A stretch of 64,000 nucleotides of DNA from a virus. Its lineage: Duplodnaviria; Heunggongvirae; Uroviricota; Caudoviricetes. Shown here piece after piece: positions 36,075 through 45,947 of this stretch (its first letter is position 1; each line of letters opens with the position of its first letter). The stretch lies in the IMG/VR virus record IMGVR_UViG_3300009941_000125, positions 31,540-95,539 of that record. One strand, written 5' to 3'. A model generated the notes under the pieces. The model did not search any database, had not been told where the DNA came from, and was given only the letters and a program-made list of their open reading frames with translations. A program made the position numbers and the translations under genes.

Positions 36075-36773
36075 TTATTCTAAAGCAGTAATTGTGCCAA
36101 CAACATCTTCAATACATCCTGTACCGTGATTACAAGATATAACAGTATAAGTATAAGATTGGCCGCCGACAATAGCTGAATCATTAAAGTTAATATCTGT
36201 TAATGACCCTGGATTTGGTAAACCACTAGCATATACTGTATGTCTAATTCCGTAATCAGTTCTAATAATTTGATATAAGTAAGCTTGAGGCTCTCCTGAA
36301 TATACAGCAAACGATACTTTAATAATAGGATAGCCATAAGTGGGATGAGCTGTAGCAACTAAACAAGGATATAAAATATGAGATGGAAGAGGCTCAACAA
36401 TTATTGTAGTTGTAGTAGTACTAGTTGTAGTAGTTGTGATTATACTAGTAGTTGTAGTTGAGGTAGTCGTTGTTGTGGTTGTAGAAACAATGGTCGTAGT
36501 TGTTGTGGGTAGCGTCGTAATAGTTGTGCTAGTAGAACTAGTTGTTGATGTTGAAATAGAAATATTCGTCGTTGACGTTGTAGTTGATGTGCTAGTTGAT
36601 GTATTTACTGTAGTAGTTGTAGAAAATAACGTCGTTGTGGTTGTACTTGTTGTAGAGATAGACGTTGTAGTCGTACTTGTTGTAGTTGTTAAACTTTCAG
36701 AAACTGTTTGACCACACCCAATAATAAAACTTGTTAATACAATTAAAATTAATATAAAAAATAATTTTTTCAT
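36075..36773 (-). CDS. Lipoprotein with a Thr/Ser-rich mucin-like linker and a C-terminal beta-rich domain.
   Basis: 232 aa with a signal peptide and lipobox (FIIGC), then about 110 residues of STTTT repeats, then a globular C-terminus. Confidence 0.65.
   Translation of the reverse strand: MKKLFFILILIVLTSFIIGCGQTVSESLTTTTSTTTTSISTTSTTTTTLFSTTTTVNTSTSTSTTTSTTNISISTSTTSSTSTTITTLPTTTTTIVSTTTTTTTSTTTTSIITTTTTSTTTTTIIVEPLPSHILYPCLVATAHPTYGYPIIKVSFAVYSGEPQAYLYQIIRTDYGIRHTVYASGLPNPGSLTDINFNDSAIVGGQSYTYTVISCNHGTGCIEDVVGTITALE
36410..36720. repeat. Imperfect tandem 9-15-nt repeats (ACTACAACT/AGTAGTTGT units) encoding the poly-Thr linker.
   Basis: Seen directly; the plus-strand poly-Val ORF 36436..36711 is its mirror artefact. 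Confidence 0.6.
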
Positions 36774-37126
36774 AATAGCTTTTGAAGCTTTTTTATTTCC
36801 TCTTCAATTTTTTGTCTTTTTCCATACTCTGGACATTCTTTTACTTTACCTACTGGAAAAACTTTACAAGATTTAGGTCGTTCATTATATATTTTACACT
36901 TACCATTTTCATCAAGATGTTTACATGGAATTTCAAATCTTAAAGCAGGCCATGGCGTATTAAAGCTTTCAACCAAAGTAATACCATGAAATTCTAACCA
37001 CTCTTTATGATCGTCATAAGGAATAGAGGGAGCAACAATCATAAATTTGCAACATTTACCACATTGTTTACATTCTACTTTTTCCATTTTTCCTCCTTTA
37101 TATGGACGAGGATGGATTTGAACCAC
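36770..37126 (-). CDS. YkgJ-family (UPF0153) CxxCxxCC metal-binding protein.
   Basis: 118 aa with CKQCGKCCK...CKHL..NGKCKIYNERPKSCKVFP, the putative zinc/iron-chelating domain pattern. Confidence 0.6.
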   Translation of the reverse strand: MVQIHPRPYKGGKMEKVECKQCGKCCKFMIVAPSIPYDDHKEWLEFHGITLVESFNTPWPALRFEIPCKHLDENGKCKIYNERPKSCKVFPVGKVKECPEYGKRQKIEEEIKKLQKLL

Positions 37127-37185
37127 CGAACCCCGAAGGGACCTGATTTACAGTCAGGCGCGTTTAGCCACTTCGCTACTCATCC
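37103..37185 (-). tRNA. tRNA-Tyr(GUA), class II with a long variable arm.
   Basis: 83 nt on the minus strand: GGATGAG-TA-GCGA-AGTGGCTAA-ACGC-G-CCTGA-CTGTAAA-TCAGG-TCCCTTCGGGGTTC-GGTGG-TTCAAAT-CCATC-CTCGTCC-A. All stems pair and the anticodon is GTA. Confidence 0.9.
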
Positions 37186-37577
37186 TTAATCTTATCTAAA
37201 ATTTTTCTTATTACTTTAGCCCACCCTGTTCTCTCGGAAAATTCTACTGCTTTATCATCTATATAAAAATCAGCTATTACTTTACCATTTTCCCCATCAT
37301 CTATTTCATCAAATATTATATTATTCTTAATTAAATAGTTTTCAATAATATTTTTTTGTTCTTTGTAAATATTAGGATTTATTTTTTTATTAGTTCTACA
37401 ACTACTAATAATAATTCTAAACCCTAACTCTCTAAATATCTTCATTGCTGATTTTACTCCTGGCAGAGGTTTACCTTCTGCTGGATATTTCCATTCGCAA
37501 ATAGTCCCATCAAAATCAACACAAATTGTTTTCTTATAATTAGGATATATTTTTTTTATAACATCAGCATCTATCAC
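37176..37577 (-). CDS. HAD-superfamily phosphatase.
   Basis: 133 aa with motif I ICVDFDGTI (DxDGT) at the N-terminus. Its stop codon overlaps the tRNA-Tyr 5' end by about 10 nt. Confidence 0.6.
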   Translation of the reverse strand: MIDADVIKKIYPNYKKTICVDFDGTICEWKYPAEGKPLPGVKSAMKIFRELGFRIIISSCRTNKKINPNIYKEQKNIIENYLIKNNIIFDEIDDGENGKVIADFYIDDKAVEFSERTGWAKVIRKILDKIKDE

Positions 37578-37884
37578 AAAACGCTCTCCTACATATCTCT
37601 GGCTTTATATTATGAATTGCACATTTATTATCTATTGTTAAATAATTACATTTAAACCTACAATTACCATCATCATCAATTCTTATAAGACTTATTGCTC
37701 TACCAAAAACAGGATCTAATTTACCTTTTCTAATCATAGTATCTAAAAACTCTCTACACGTTATTGGATCAGACAAATCTATTTGCTTATTATTAACCTC
37801 TGTTTTAGCCTTAAGTTTACCTAAATTAGTATTTAAAGTAAAATCTTTACAACATTTTCCACATTGTTTACATTCTTTTTTCAT
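37564..37884 (-). CDS. YkgJ-family CxxCxxCC metal-binding protein; paralogue of 36770..37126.
   Basis: 106 aa with CKQCGKCCK...CNYL..DNKCAIHNIKPEICRRFC. Confidence 0.6.
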   Translation of the reverse strand: MKKECKQCGKCCKDFTLNTNLGKLKAKTEVNNKQIDLSDPITCREFLDTMIRKGKLDPVFGRAISLIRIDDDGNCRFKCNYLTIDNKCAIHNIKPEICRRAFCDRC

Positions 37885-37887
37885 TCA

Positions 37888-38103
37888 TTAGCCTCTTATT
37901 GGTTTTATTTTTTGTTCGCATTTTTTAACCATTATTATTTTACCATCTTGAATTTGAACACTTGATAGTTCTCCATATTGCGTTTTTCTTATAAAATCTA
38001 TAAACCATATATCTGATATAGTTATTTCAACTTTTTCTCCATTATATTCAACAACTCCAATTGTATCATCTTTAAAACTTTTATTTGTTGTTTTTGTACT
38101 CAT
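37888..38103 (-). CDS. hypothetical protein
   Basis: 71-aa ORF. Confidence 0.4.
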   Translation of the reverse strand: MSTKTTNKSFKDDTIGVVEYNGEKVEITISDIWFIDFIRKTQYGELSSVQIQDGKIIMVKKCEQKIKPIRG

Positions 38104-38594
38104 TGTTGGTGCCTCGATAATATTTTTTCTTGAACCAAATCATCATGTTTTCTATTATATGAATTAATAATTTTCTCAATACTTCTATAATAATATCTAG
38201 TTTTTTCTAATAACCATTTAGCTATTCTTTTACTTTTTCTTATTTCTTGAGTAACAACTAAATCAGATAACTTATTACAATAAGCCGCGGTATTTTCTTC
38301 ATCACTTAGTCTTTTCCATTCAGATAAAACATCAAAATCTACTATATCAACTATTTTAGTATATTCATATTCAAAATCTGCTATAATAGTTCCTATTCTT
38401 GAATAAATTACAGATATTTCACCTAAACATTCAGCAACACCAAATGGATGATTAAACTCTTTTATTAATTTTATTTGATCTTGAACAGATTTAATACAAA
38501 AATTTATTTCTTTAGCAGCATCTATTTGATTAGCCGTTAAATCTTCTGTTTTTAAATCTAATTGTTTTAATTTAATATTAGCTTTATAACTCAT
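38100..38594 (-). CDS. hypothetical protein
   Basis: 164-aa ORF. Confidence 0.45.
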   Translation of the reverse strand: MSYKANIKLKQLDLKTEDLTANQIDAAKEINFCIKSVQDQIKLIKEFNHPFGVAECLGEISVIYSRIGTIIADFEYEYTKIVDIVDFDVLSEWKRLSDEENTAAYCNKLSDLVVTQEIRKSKRIAKWLLEKTRYYYRSIEKIINSYNRKHDDLVQEKILSRHQQ

Positions 38595-39402
38595 CTTTTT
38601 TATCTATCCTTTCTTTTTCTTTTTTCCTTAAATTTTCCATTATATCATCGCCCCAACATATTTTATTATAATCACACCATCTACATTCTTGACTATCTTT
38701 ATCAAAACCTCTTTGCGGCAATTTATTATTATCTACATATGAAAAAAGCTTTTTAATAGTTTTTAATATAGATTGCATAAGTTCTTCATCATATTTTATA
38801 GAAAATTCTTCAACAAATTGATTATTTTTATTTTCTACAACAATTATCGATTTTGTTATAGGAAAATAATCTTTATATTTATCGAATATCCACTTATCTT
38901 CTTCTAAATAATTTTTATTTATAAATAATTCATTTATTAACCACATATACATTTGTAACTGTTGTCTATGAGCATCAAGCGGTCTTCCCATTAATTTATT
39001 AAACTTATCATTATTCATGCTTTTTAATTCTATAATTAATAGTTTATTATCAATCAAAACTAATTGATCTAAATAAGACCTTACTCTATATTCTTCATGT
39101 ATTAATCTCATATCTTTTGCTATAAGAATGCCAGCTTCTTGCGCATAATGATTATATCTCTCATGCATTGAAGTACCATTATCTAAAATTTTAATTATTC
39201 TTGGATCTTTAGGTTTACGTGGCATTCTATGAAAACTATAATATAAACTTTTTAAGCATGGATGACTAATTCCACTAGGATGAACTCCTTTCTTTTTCTT
39301 ATCTGTAATCGCTTCTCTTTGCCTTTTTAATAAAAAATCATCAATAGCCTGTAAATAAATCATCCCTCTTTTACCCATTGTTAAAAAATCTCTTAAACTC
39401 AT
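38584..39402 (-). CDS. PD-(D/E)XK nuclease with a C-terminal Cys cluster (Cas4/RecB-exonuclease-like).
   Basis: 272 aa with an acidic D...ELK core and a C-terminal CRWCDYNKIC (CxxCx5C) typical of Fe-S-bearing Cas4/AddB-type nucleases. Confidence 0.55.
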   Translation of the reverse strand: MSLRDFLTMGKRGMIYLQAIDDFLLKRQREAITDKKKKGVHPSGISHPCLKSLYYSFHRMPRKPKDPRIIKILDNGTSMHERYNHYAQEAGILIAKDMRLIHEEYRVRSYLDQLVLIDNKLLIIELKSMNNDKFNKLMGRPLDAHRQQLQMYMWLINELFINKNYLEEDKWIFDKYKDYFPITKSIIVVENKNNQFVEEFSIKYDEELMQSILKTIKKLFSYVDNNKLPQRGFDKDSQECRWCDYNKICWGDDIMENLRKKEKERIDKKDEL

Positions 39403-39899
39403 ATTTGTTCAATTATCTCCTTTTCATAACTTAATAATTTCTTTCTATTTTCGTAAGACCAAGATATTCTAGCAAGTCCATAAGCATCAGCCAAGTTATT
39501 ATCATTAAAATCTATACCCCACTTCTTATATACCTCCTTAAGTAATAATTCTTTTTTTGAATTTCCTTTACCGGTCACAAACTTCTTTAATCTTGTTGGA
39601 GCAATTATTTTATATAATACAGGAAACTTTGTTAAACATATCTTAAATATACCACATAATTCCCCTATACTAAACGCTTGACCTAATCTACTGCCAAATG
39701 AATAACCTTCTATACAAACACCACTAATTTTACCTCTATACGTCTGTAAACTATCTCGTAATTCATCAGATAATTCAATTAAACGTTCTACATCTTTTAG
39801 TTTACTTTTAATGATTTTTTTCTCTTGAAGATTACCTTTTTCATCTAACACAACAAATCCGGTAGCAGTAAGACTAGGGTCGACTCCAATGTAATACAT
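39399..39899 (-). CDS. RuvC-like Holliday-junction resolvase.
   Basis: 166 aa with N-terminal YYIGVDPSLTATGFVVLD, matching the RuvC/YqgF catalytic Asp motif. Confidence 0.7.
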   Translation of the reverse strand: MYYIGVDPSLTATGFVVLDEKGNLQEKKIIKSKLKDVERLIELSDELRDSLQTYRGKISGVCIEGYSFGSRLGQAFSIGELCGIFKICLTKFPVLYKIIAPTRLKKFVTGKGNSKKELLLKEVYKKWGIDFNDNNLADAYGLARISWSYENRKKLLSYEKEIIEQI

Positions 39900-39907
39900 T
39901 TTTCCCC

Positions 39908-40423
39908 CTAAATAAAAGTTTTTTTAAATGCTTTTAAAAAATCAATTTCATTCATAATAATTAATGCTTCTGGGTTTTTACTACAAAAATGAACTGCTGA
40001 TACTTTATCATTTAACCAATCATTACTTAAATCATCTTCTTTTAATTTAACTTGTTTAGCATTTTCTTTTGACATAATGCAAGTACCTACTTTATATTTC
40101 AAAAAATCTTTAGACATCTTAGTTAATAATTTGAGTGGGATTAATACAAAAACAGTTTCATCAAAACTTTCTGCATTAAAACAAATTACAAAAGCCCAAT
40201 TACGATTAGTTTTTTCTGCATTAGTTTTTAATTTTTGAATATCAACAAGTTGAAGGCCATAATAAGATTTTTTAGTTGCTTTATTTTGAAATAACCAATT
40301 TGGATTTTTACCGTCCTCTTTATCAAACCAAAGGTTTCCAGACCCAATAGTACCTTGCGATTTGGTTTTTTTATTCCATTTTTTTTCAAATTTTCTGCCT
40401 ATGCATGAGACTTTTTTATTCAT
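39908..40423 (-). CDS. hypothetical protein
   Basis: 171-aa ORF. Confidence 0.45.
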   Translation of the reverse strand: MNKKVSCIGRKFEKKWNKKTKSQGTIGSGNLWFDKEDGKNPNWLFQNKATKKSYYGLQLVDIQKLKTNAEKTNRNWAFVICFNAESFDETVFVLIPLKLLTKMSKDFLKYKVGTCIMSKENAKQVKLKEDDLSNDWLNDKVSAVHFCSKNPEALIIMNEIDFLKAFKKTFI

Positions 40424-40425
40424 TT

Positions 40426-41313
40426 TTAGTCTTCTTCTTTTATTTCTTCTTTAGTAATTGTTTTCTTTAACTCTTTAGCCTCTTCCCAAGTAATTATCTT
40501 CCCTGTTTCATTAAGAAAAACAAATCTAGCTTCTTTATAAGGCATCGCTGTTTTATTTTTTTCCGCCCTACAAATCATCTCAAAACCAATTCTTTCTTTT
40601 CTATTAGGAAACCATTCACCTCTTCTAATACTTACTCTAATTGCTGCAAAAAACGCCATTCCTCTTCCACCCGGTGTCGTATCAGGGTTACCAAATACCA
40701 TACCAACTTTACTTCTTAATTGATTTATAAATATGATTTCGCTTCCTTTACGTTCATTCATTGTATTAACAACACGTAAGCCTTTATTAACGGTTCTAGC
40801 TAATAAAGCCATTTGTTTTTTATTCATATCATCTTCTATTTCTTTTCTAGGCGTAAGTGCTGCAACACTATCTACTACAATAACATCTACACCTTTGCTA
40901 ATAAGAAGTTGTTTTAAAATATCAAAAACGTTATCTGCATCGGTAATCCTTGTGTGAATAAGACTATCAATATCAACACCAAGTTTTTTTGACCATTCTA
41001 AATCTAACGCTTTTTCTGCATCAATATAAGCGCAAATTAATCCATTTTTTTGTGCCTTAGCAATATGTTTAAGAAGAAGCGTGCTTTTTCCTCCACTTTC
41101 AGGGCCATAAAGCTCCATTATCATTCCTCTAGGAAAACCGCCACCTAACATCTCATCAAATTCTTTTATACCACTACTGTTTCTTTTAATAACAAGATCT
41201 TCAGAATTACCACGAATTATTGTATCTTTACCAAATTTTTTCTCAATTATTTTTAATGCTTTTGATAGCTTTTTAGATATATTAGGGGTTTTTTCTTTTT
41301 TATCTTTTACCAT
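40426..41313 (-). CDS. recA: RecA-family recombinase.
   Basis: 295 aa with GGGFPRGMIMELYGPESGGKSTLLL, DAEKALD, VIVVDSVAALTP, IFINQLRSKVGMVFGNPDTTPGG and IRVSIRR, collinear with RecA. Confidence 0.85.
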   Translation of the reverse strand: MVKDKKEKTPNISKKLSKALKIIEKKFGKDTIIRGNSEDLVIKRNSSGIKEFDEMLGGGFPRGMIMELYGPESGGKSTLLLKHIAKAQKNGLICAYIDAEKALDLEWSKKLGVDIDSLIHTRITDADNVFDILKQLLISKGVDVIVVDSVAALTPRKEIEDDMNKKQMALLARTVNKGLRVVNTMNERKGSEIIFINQLRSKVGMVFGNPDTTPGGRGMAFFAAIRVSIRRGEWFPNRKERIGFEMICRAEKNKTAMPYKEARFVFLNETGKIITWEEAKELKKTITKEEIKEED

Positions 41314-41364
41314 TACAATATTTCTCTCCTTCTATTCATCTATAATACATTATAATGCATTTTT

Positions 41365-44300
41365 TTAATTTGTACACTGTTGTTTTACCTTTTTTAAATA
41401 TTTAGACTCATCATAATCATTAAAACACTTAAAGGCACCAGCTTTATTTAAAGATTCTATAACTCTCTTATTAACAACCCTTCTATTAACTTTATCTAAA
41501 AAATCATCAAAACTATCGTAAGGAGCCATTTTAACTATATCCGTTGAAGCCTTTAATCCTATATTTTTAATAAAAGATAATCCATAACGTATTCCTCCGC
41601 TATCAATAGAAAAATAATCTGAACTTTTATTAACATTAGGGTTTAATAGTTCATACCCCATTCTTTTTACTTCTCTTTTATAATCGTTTAATGTTTCTTC
41701 TTTACTAGCATTATTTAAAATAGAAATTAAAAATTCTAATGGATAATATTTTTTTAAATATAAACATTGATAACTAATAATACTATAAGCAACTGCATGA
41801 GCTCTATTAAATGCATAATCCATAAAAGATTCTATAAACTTAAATATTTCACTAGCTTGATCTTTATCTACTCCATTATCAATACATTTTTTTACAAATA
41901 TCTCTTTTGCCTCATCAAACAAATATCCTTTTCCAGAAGCAACTAACTTGGCACCTTTAGATGTTATTTTCCTCAAATCATCAGCTTCTTCATATGTATA
42001 TCCTGCAACTTCTTTTGCTATTCTCATAGAATCTTCTTGAAAAACAACAAGACCATAAGTTCTTTTTAATGGCTTTTTAAGACTAGGATGAAGATAATCT
42101 ATTTTTTCCATTCCATTTTTTCTTTTAGCATATTTTTTAGCATAACCAGACTTTAATGCAGCAGGTCTATGTAATGCATTAACCGCAACTAAATGCTCAA
42201 ACGTTTCAACCCCTATTTCTCTCAACCAATCCTTAATAGAGCGACTTTCAAATTGAAATACACCAGTTGTCTTACCTAAATCAGCCATTTTTAAAATTTC
42301 TTTATCGTTAAGTGATAAATCATAAAATAATGTTTTGTATAAATCCTTTTTCTTTCTTTTTTTAATCAATTCAATAGTTTGTCCAATAACGCTTAATGTA
42401 GAAAGGCCTAAACAATCTAATTTCATCATTTTAATAGCAGAAATACATTTTATATTATCACTACCCTCATCCCATCCTGTAACAATTTCATTTTTGTATA
42501 CGCATAAAGGAACGTGGTCGTAAAGTGTCTCATTTGAAATTACAATTCCAGCAGCATGTGTTGAAAAGTGTCTCACTTGCCCTTCTAATCTTAAAGCAAT
42601 TTCCCATATTTCAGGATATTTCTCAATGTACCTTCTCACGTCGGGCATCGCCTGGGCCTCTTTTAAACTAAATTCATATGGAATATATTTAGTTGCAGCA
42701 ATAACCTCAGGAAGAGGCTTTTCATAAACTCTGGCTAAATCCTTTAATAACCCTCTGCATTTAAATGTACCAAAAGCTCCTATTGAAGAAACCCTATCTT
42801 TTCCATATTTACCAACTAAATATTCTTTAATTTTACTTCTATTTTTAGAATCAAAATCTATATCAATATCAGGCATTTCAGTCCTACCAACATTAATAAA
42901 TCTAGCAAATAACAAATCATGTTTTATTGGATCTACTTTGGTAATATCTAATAAATAGCATAATAAACTACCGCAAGCTGAACCCCTTCCAACGCCAACG
43001 ATTATTTTATTATTTTGTGCCCATTTTACAACATCATAAATAATATAAATAAAATCTATCAACCCTTTGTTTTTAATAATATCATATTCATATTTAATTC
43101 TTTCTTTATACGCTTTATGTTCACTTTTATTAATTTTTTTCTTTATCTCATTCCATCTCTCATTAATAACCTTTTTAATTATTATATCCACATTAATATC
43201 TTTAAATTTAGGCATTTTTTGACTTTCTATATCTATTTCAACATTAACACTATTAGCTATCTCTACAGTATTATCTAAAGCCTCATTCACATCATCTGAG
43301 TAATCTTTACCTATAGTATTAATAAAGTCATCATATGTCTCTTTTCTTGTCTTTAAATGAAACCCACTGTTATCTAACCTATCTTCTTCTAACTTGCTAA
43401 TAGTAATTTTTCTATTTAGCATAGTTAATGTTCGTTGTGCAATATTATCTTCTTTATGAATATAATGAACATCGTTAGTGCATACTAATTTTATTTTATA
43501 TTTATGAGCCAATTCTATTATTTTTTTATTAGCTGTAATTTGATCTTCAAATTTATGGGGTTGGATCTCTAAATAGAAATTATCACCAAACATTTTCTTA
43601 TATTTAGTTACTGTATCAATAACATCTTTTTCAGTAGAATGAATTATCTTCTCAGATATTTCACCAAAAATACAAGCGCTTAAAACAATTAATCCCTTTT
43701 TGTATTTATTTATTAAATCCAAATCGACTCTAGGTCTGTAATAAAAACCCTCAATGTTTCCTAAAGAAGATATTTTAAGAAGATTTTTATAACCAATTTC
43801 ATTTTTAGCTAATAAAATTAAATGATTTCTTTTTTTTCTTTCTTTTTTTAATTTGTTTCTCTCTTCAATGTTATCCCCTTCTTTTTTGTCTTCTAATCCT
43901 TTTACGGTCATATCTTTTACAAGATAAACCTCTATTCCGGGAATAAATTTGATATTTAATTCTTTTGATTTTATATAAGCCCTTAGCGTACTATTCATAT
44001 TACCATGTTCAGTTAAAGCGATTGATTTTTGACCTATTTCTTTACAATGTTTTAGTATATCCCTAACCTTTCCCATTCCATCTAATAATGAAAACTCTGA
44101 ATGACAATGTAAATTAACAAAATTATCATCAATAATTTCTGTAGAAGCTTTTGGAAAAACCTTTTTAGATTTTTTATTTATTTCTTTTCTAACAAAATCA
44201 TAAACATCATTAATAGATCCATGTATAAATTCTTCTTTTCTACATTCTAAATCAACAAAACCATCTTTTCTTTTATTATAATCATCATATTTTACATCTA

Positions 44301-44739
44301 ATAACTTATCTCTCTTTATATATTCTTCAAAAACAAAAGAAGCTGGAATTATAAATCCTTTAGCTTGAGAATTATTTAAAGAAACAAAAAACGTATTGTG
44401 CGGACTCTTTTCTGCTTCTTTTCTACGAGATTTGTTATCCATAAATTGAAGTTTATACCTATCTTCTTTAACTAAACACTCAAGCTCAATAAAAAAACTT
44501 TCTCCATTTTCCATTTCTACTAAAAAATCTTGTATATATGCGTTATCTATATTATTATGTTTAATATATTTTTTTAAATCATTAGGGAGATTATCATAAA
44601 AATCACATTCTTGTATTGTACCGTATACGTAAGGATTATTTCCCTTCCAATTAATTTTTCCAATTTTTAACAACCTACGAAGAAGTTTTTTTCTTCTAGG
44701 CTTATCTTCTAAAAGTTTTATTTTATCTTCATTTTTCAT
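41365..44739 (-). CDS. dnaE: DNA polymerase III alpha subunit (DnaE-like) with an N-terminal PHP domain.
   Basis: 1124 aa with the PHP start VNLHCHSEFSLLDG and the palm motifs VGVGRGSACGSLLCYLLDITKVDP and FARFINVGRTEMPDIDIDF. Confidence 0.9.
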   Translation of the reverse strand: MKNEDKIKLLEDKPRRKKLLRRLLKIGKINWKGNNPYVYGTIQECDFYDNLPNDLKKYIKHNNIDNAYIQDFLVEMENGESFFIELECLVKEDRYKLQFMDNKSRRKEAEKSPHNTFFVSLNNSQAKGFIIPASFVFEEYIKRDKLLDVKYDDYNKRKDGFVDLECRKEEFIHGSINDVYDFVRKEINKKSKKVFPKASTEIIDDNFVNLHCHSEFSLLDGMGKVRDILKHCKEIGQKSIALTEHGNMNSTLRAYIKSKELNIKFIPGIEVYLVKDMTVKGLEDKKEGDNIEERNKLKKERKKRNHLILLAKNEIGYKNLLKISSLGNIEGFYYRPRVDLDLINKYKKGLIVLSACIFGEISEKIIHSTEKDVIDTVTKYKKMFGDNFYLEIQPHKFEDQITANKKIIELAHKYKIKLVCTNDVHYIHKEDNIAQRTLTMLNRKITISKLEEDRLDNSGFHLKTRKETYDDFINTIGKDYSDDVNEALDNTVEIANSVNVEIDIESQKMPKFKDINVDIIIKKVINERWNEIKKKINKSEHKAYKERIKYEYDIIKNKGLIDFIYIIYDVVKWAQNNKIIVGVGRGSACGSLLCYLLDITKVDPIKHDLLFARFINVGRTEMPDIDIDFDSKNRSKIKEYLVGKYGKDRVSSIGAFGTFKCRGLLKDLARVYEKPLPEVIAATKYIPYEFSLKEAQAMPDVRRYIEKYPEIWEIALRLEGQVRHFSTHAAGIVISNETLYDHVPLCVYKNEIVTGWDEGSDNIKCISAIKMMKLDCLGLSTLSVIGQTIELIKKRKKKDLYKTLFYDLSLNDKEILKMADLGKTTGVFQFESRSIKDWLREIGVETFEHLVAVNALHRPAALKSGYAKKYAKRKNGMEKIDYLHPSLKKPLKRTYGLVVFQEDSMRIAKEVAGYTYEEADDLRKITSKGAKLVASGKGYLFDEAKEIFVKKCIDNGVDKDQASEIFKFIESFMDYAFNRAHAVAYSIISYQCLYLKKYYPLEFLISILNNASKEETLNDYKREVKRMGYELLNPNVNKSSDYFSIDSGGIRYGLSFIKNIGLKASTDIVKMAPYDSFDDFLDKVNRRVVNKRVIESLNKAGAFKCFNDYDESKYLKKVKQQCTN

Positions 44740-45169
44740 ATTTTCTCACTATTATTTCTGTTTCTTTCAATAAATCTCTAGCTAATTCATCATTATAATA
44801 TTCAATATAAACTATTTCTTTAATTTTAGCATTTATTAACATCTTAGTACACCAACAACATGGATGGGCAGAACAATATACTGTTGCACCCTCTGGATTG
44901 GTATGTTTTAATGCACATTGAATTAAAGCATTCATTTCGGCGTGAGACCCCCTACATAATTCCGATTGAGTACCGCTTTTTATATTTTGCTGTTGCCTTA
45001 AACACCCAACCTCGCTACAATGTCTTAATCCAGATGGAGCACCATTATACCCTGTGGATAATATCATATTGTCCTTAACAATTACAGCGCCAACTTTTCT
45101 TCTTAAACAAGTTGATTGGGTTGCCATTTCATTAACTATATTTATAAATAATTTATCTTTATTTTTCAT
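44729..45169 (-). CDS. dCMP deaminase (CMP/dCMP deaminase zinc-binding family).
   Basis: 146 aa with HAEMNAL and PCCWCTKML, the H(A)E...PCxxC zinc ligands. Confidence 0.85.
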   Translation of the reverse strand: MKNKDKLFINIVNEMATQSTCLRRKVGAVIVKDNMILSTGYNGAPSGLRHCSEVGCLRQQQNIKSGTQSELCRGSHAEMNALIQCALKHTNPEGATVYCSAHPCCWCTKMLINAKIKEIVYIEYYNDELARDLLKETEIIVRKYEK

Positions 45170-45947
45170 TTATCACCACAAGTTCCTCTATATTTTTTTC
45201 ATACCAACTTTGAGGATAATGTAACTCAATTTTTTCTTTTAATTTGACCTGGTATATTCTTTTATTATTACTATTTATCATATTTTTAACTAATTCAAGA
45301 TCATTTTTATAAATATGAACGCTTCCAATATTTATTGATAATCCACCCAATTCTAAATCACCATATTTATCTTTCAAATCAAAAAGTAATTGTTGCTGAA
45401 CTATACTCCAAAAAGGAATATCGAAAGTTAACCCCTTAATCATATCTGACGACCTAATATATATAATGCTATGAAGCTTACCATTTCTTATAAAAAATTG
45501 TTGTAATTGAGTGCAACAAAAATCCTTATTATTATAATAATATAAATCTTTATCATTATATAAAATTACAGCTTTTCTAGAAAATTGATCAATAATTAAC
45601 TGATCCTTAACCCAATTATATTGAGTATTACAATATTTATTTGATTTATAAAAAACTAAATGCCCATAATTTGAATTGACCGTACCATCTTCGTTTTTTA
45701 TCTTATTCCAAAACTTAGAATATTTAGCTATATCATCAACATCTCTAGAGCCAGAAAAATACCACGAAAGCTCTCCAAATAAATATTTCTTTATTAAAGG
45801 GAGCTCTCTAACAGAATCAACAGAATATAAGTTTGTTGTATCAAGCGAAAGCTTCTTTTCTATTAATTCTTTTGTTTCTAATCCTCTACTTATTATTGTT
45901 GGGGCTGTATTGTGCACTTCTGCTAGTAAATCAAAATATCTATACAT
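45159..45947 (-). CDS. Thymidylate-synthase-family pyrimidine C5-modifying enzyme with a dCMP-type specificity residue; candidate dCMP hydroxymethylase or methylase.
   Basis: 262 aa, collinear with ThyA (ELSWYFSG vs ELLWFLQG). The catalytic Cys region is FCCTQLQQFF. RSSDMIKGLTFDIPF aligns with the ThyA block RSGDMGLGVPFNIAS, placing Asp where ThyA has the Asn that selects dUMP. Confidence 0.75.
   Translation of the reverse strand: MYRYFDLLAEVHNTAPTIISRGLETKELIEKKLSLDTTNLYSVDSVRELPLIKKYLFGELSWYFSGSRDVDDIAKYSKFWNKIKNEDGTVNSNYGHLVFYKSNKYCNTQYNWVKDQLIIDQFSRKAVILYNDKDLYYYNNKDFCCTQLQQFFIRNGKLHSIIYIRSSDMIKGLTFDIPFWSIVQQQLLFDLKDKYGDLELGGLSINIGSVHIYKNDLELVKNMINSNNKRIYQVKLKEKIELHYPQSWYEKNIEELVVINEK

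Noticed and set aside
36436-36711. Plus-strand poly-Val ORF.
   Set aside because: It is the mirror image of the Thr-codon tandem repeats of the minus-strand lipoprotein gene.
36410-36720. CRISPR-like array.
   Set aside because: The repeats are 9-15-nt imperfect coding repeats with no spacers of constant length, and they lie inside an ORF.
37007-37189. 60-aa plus-strand ORF.
   Set aside because: It is antisense to tRNA-Tyr.
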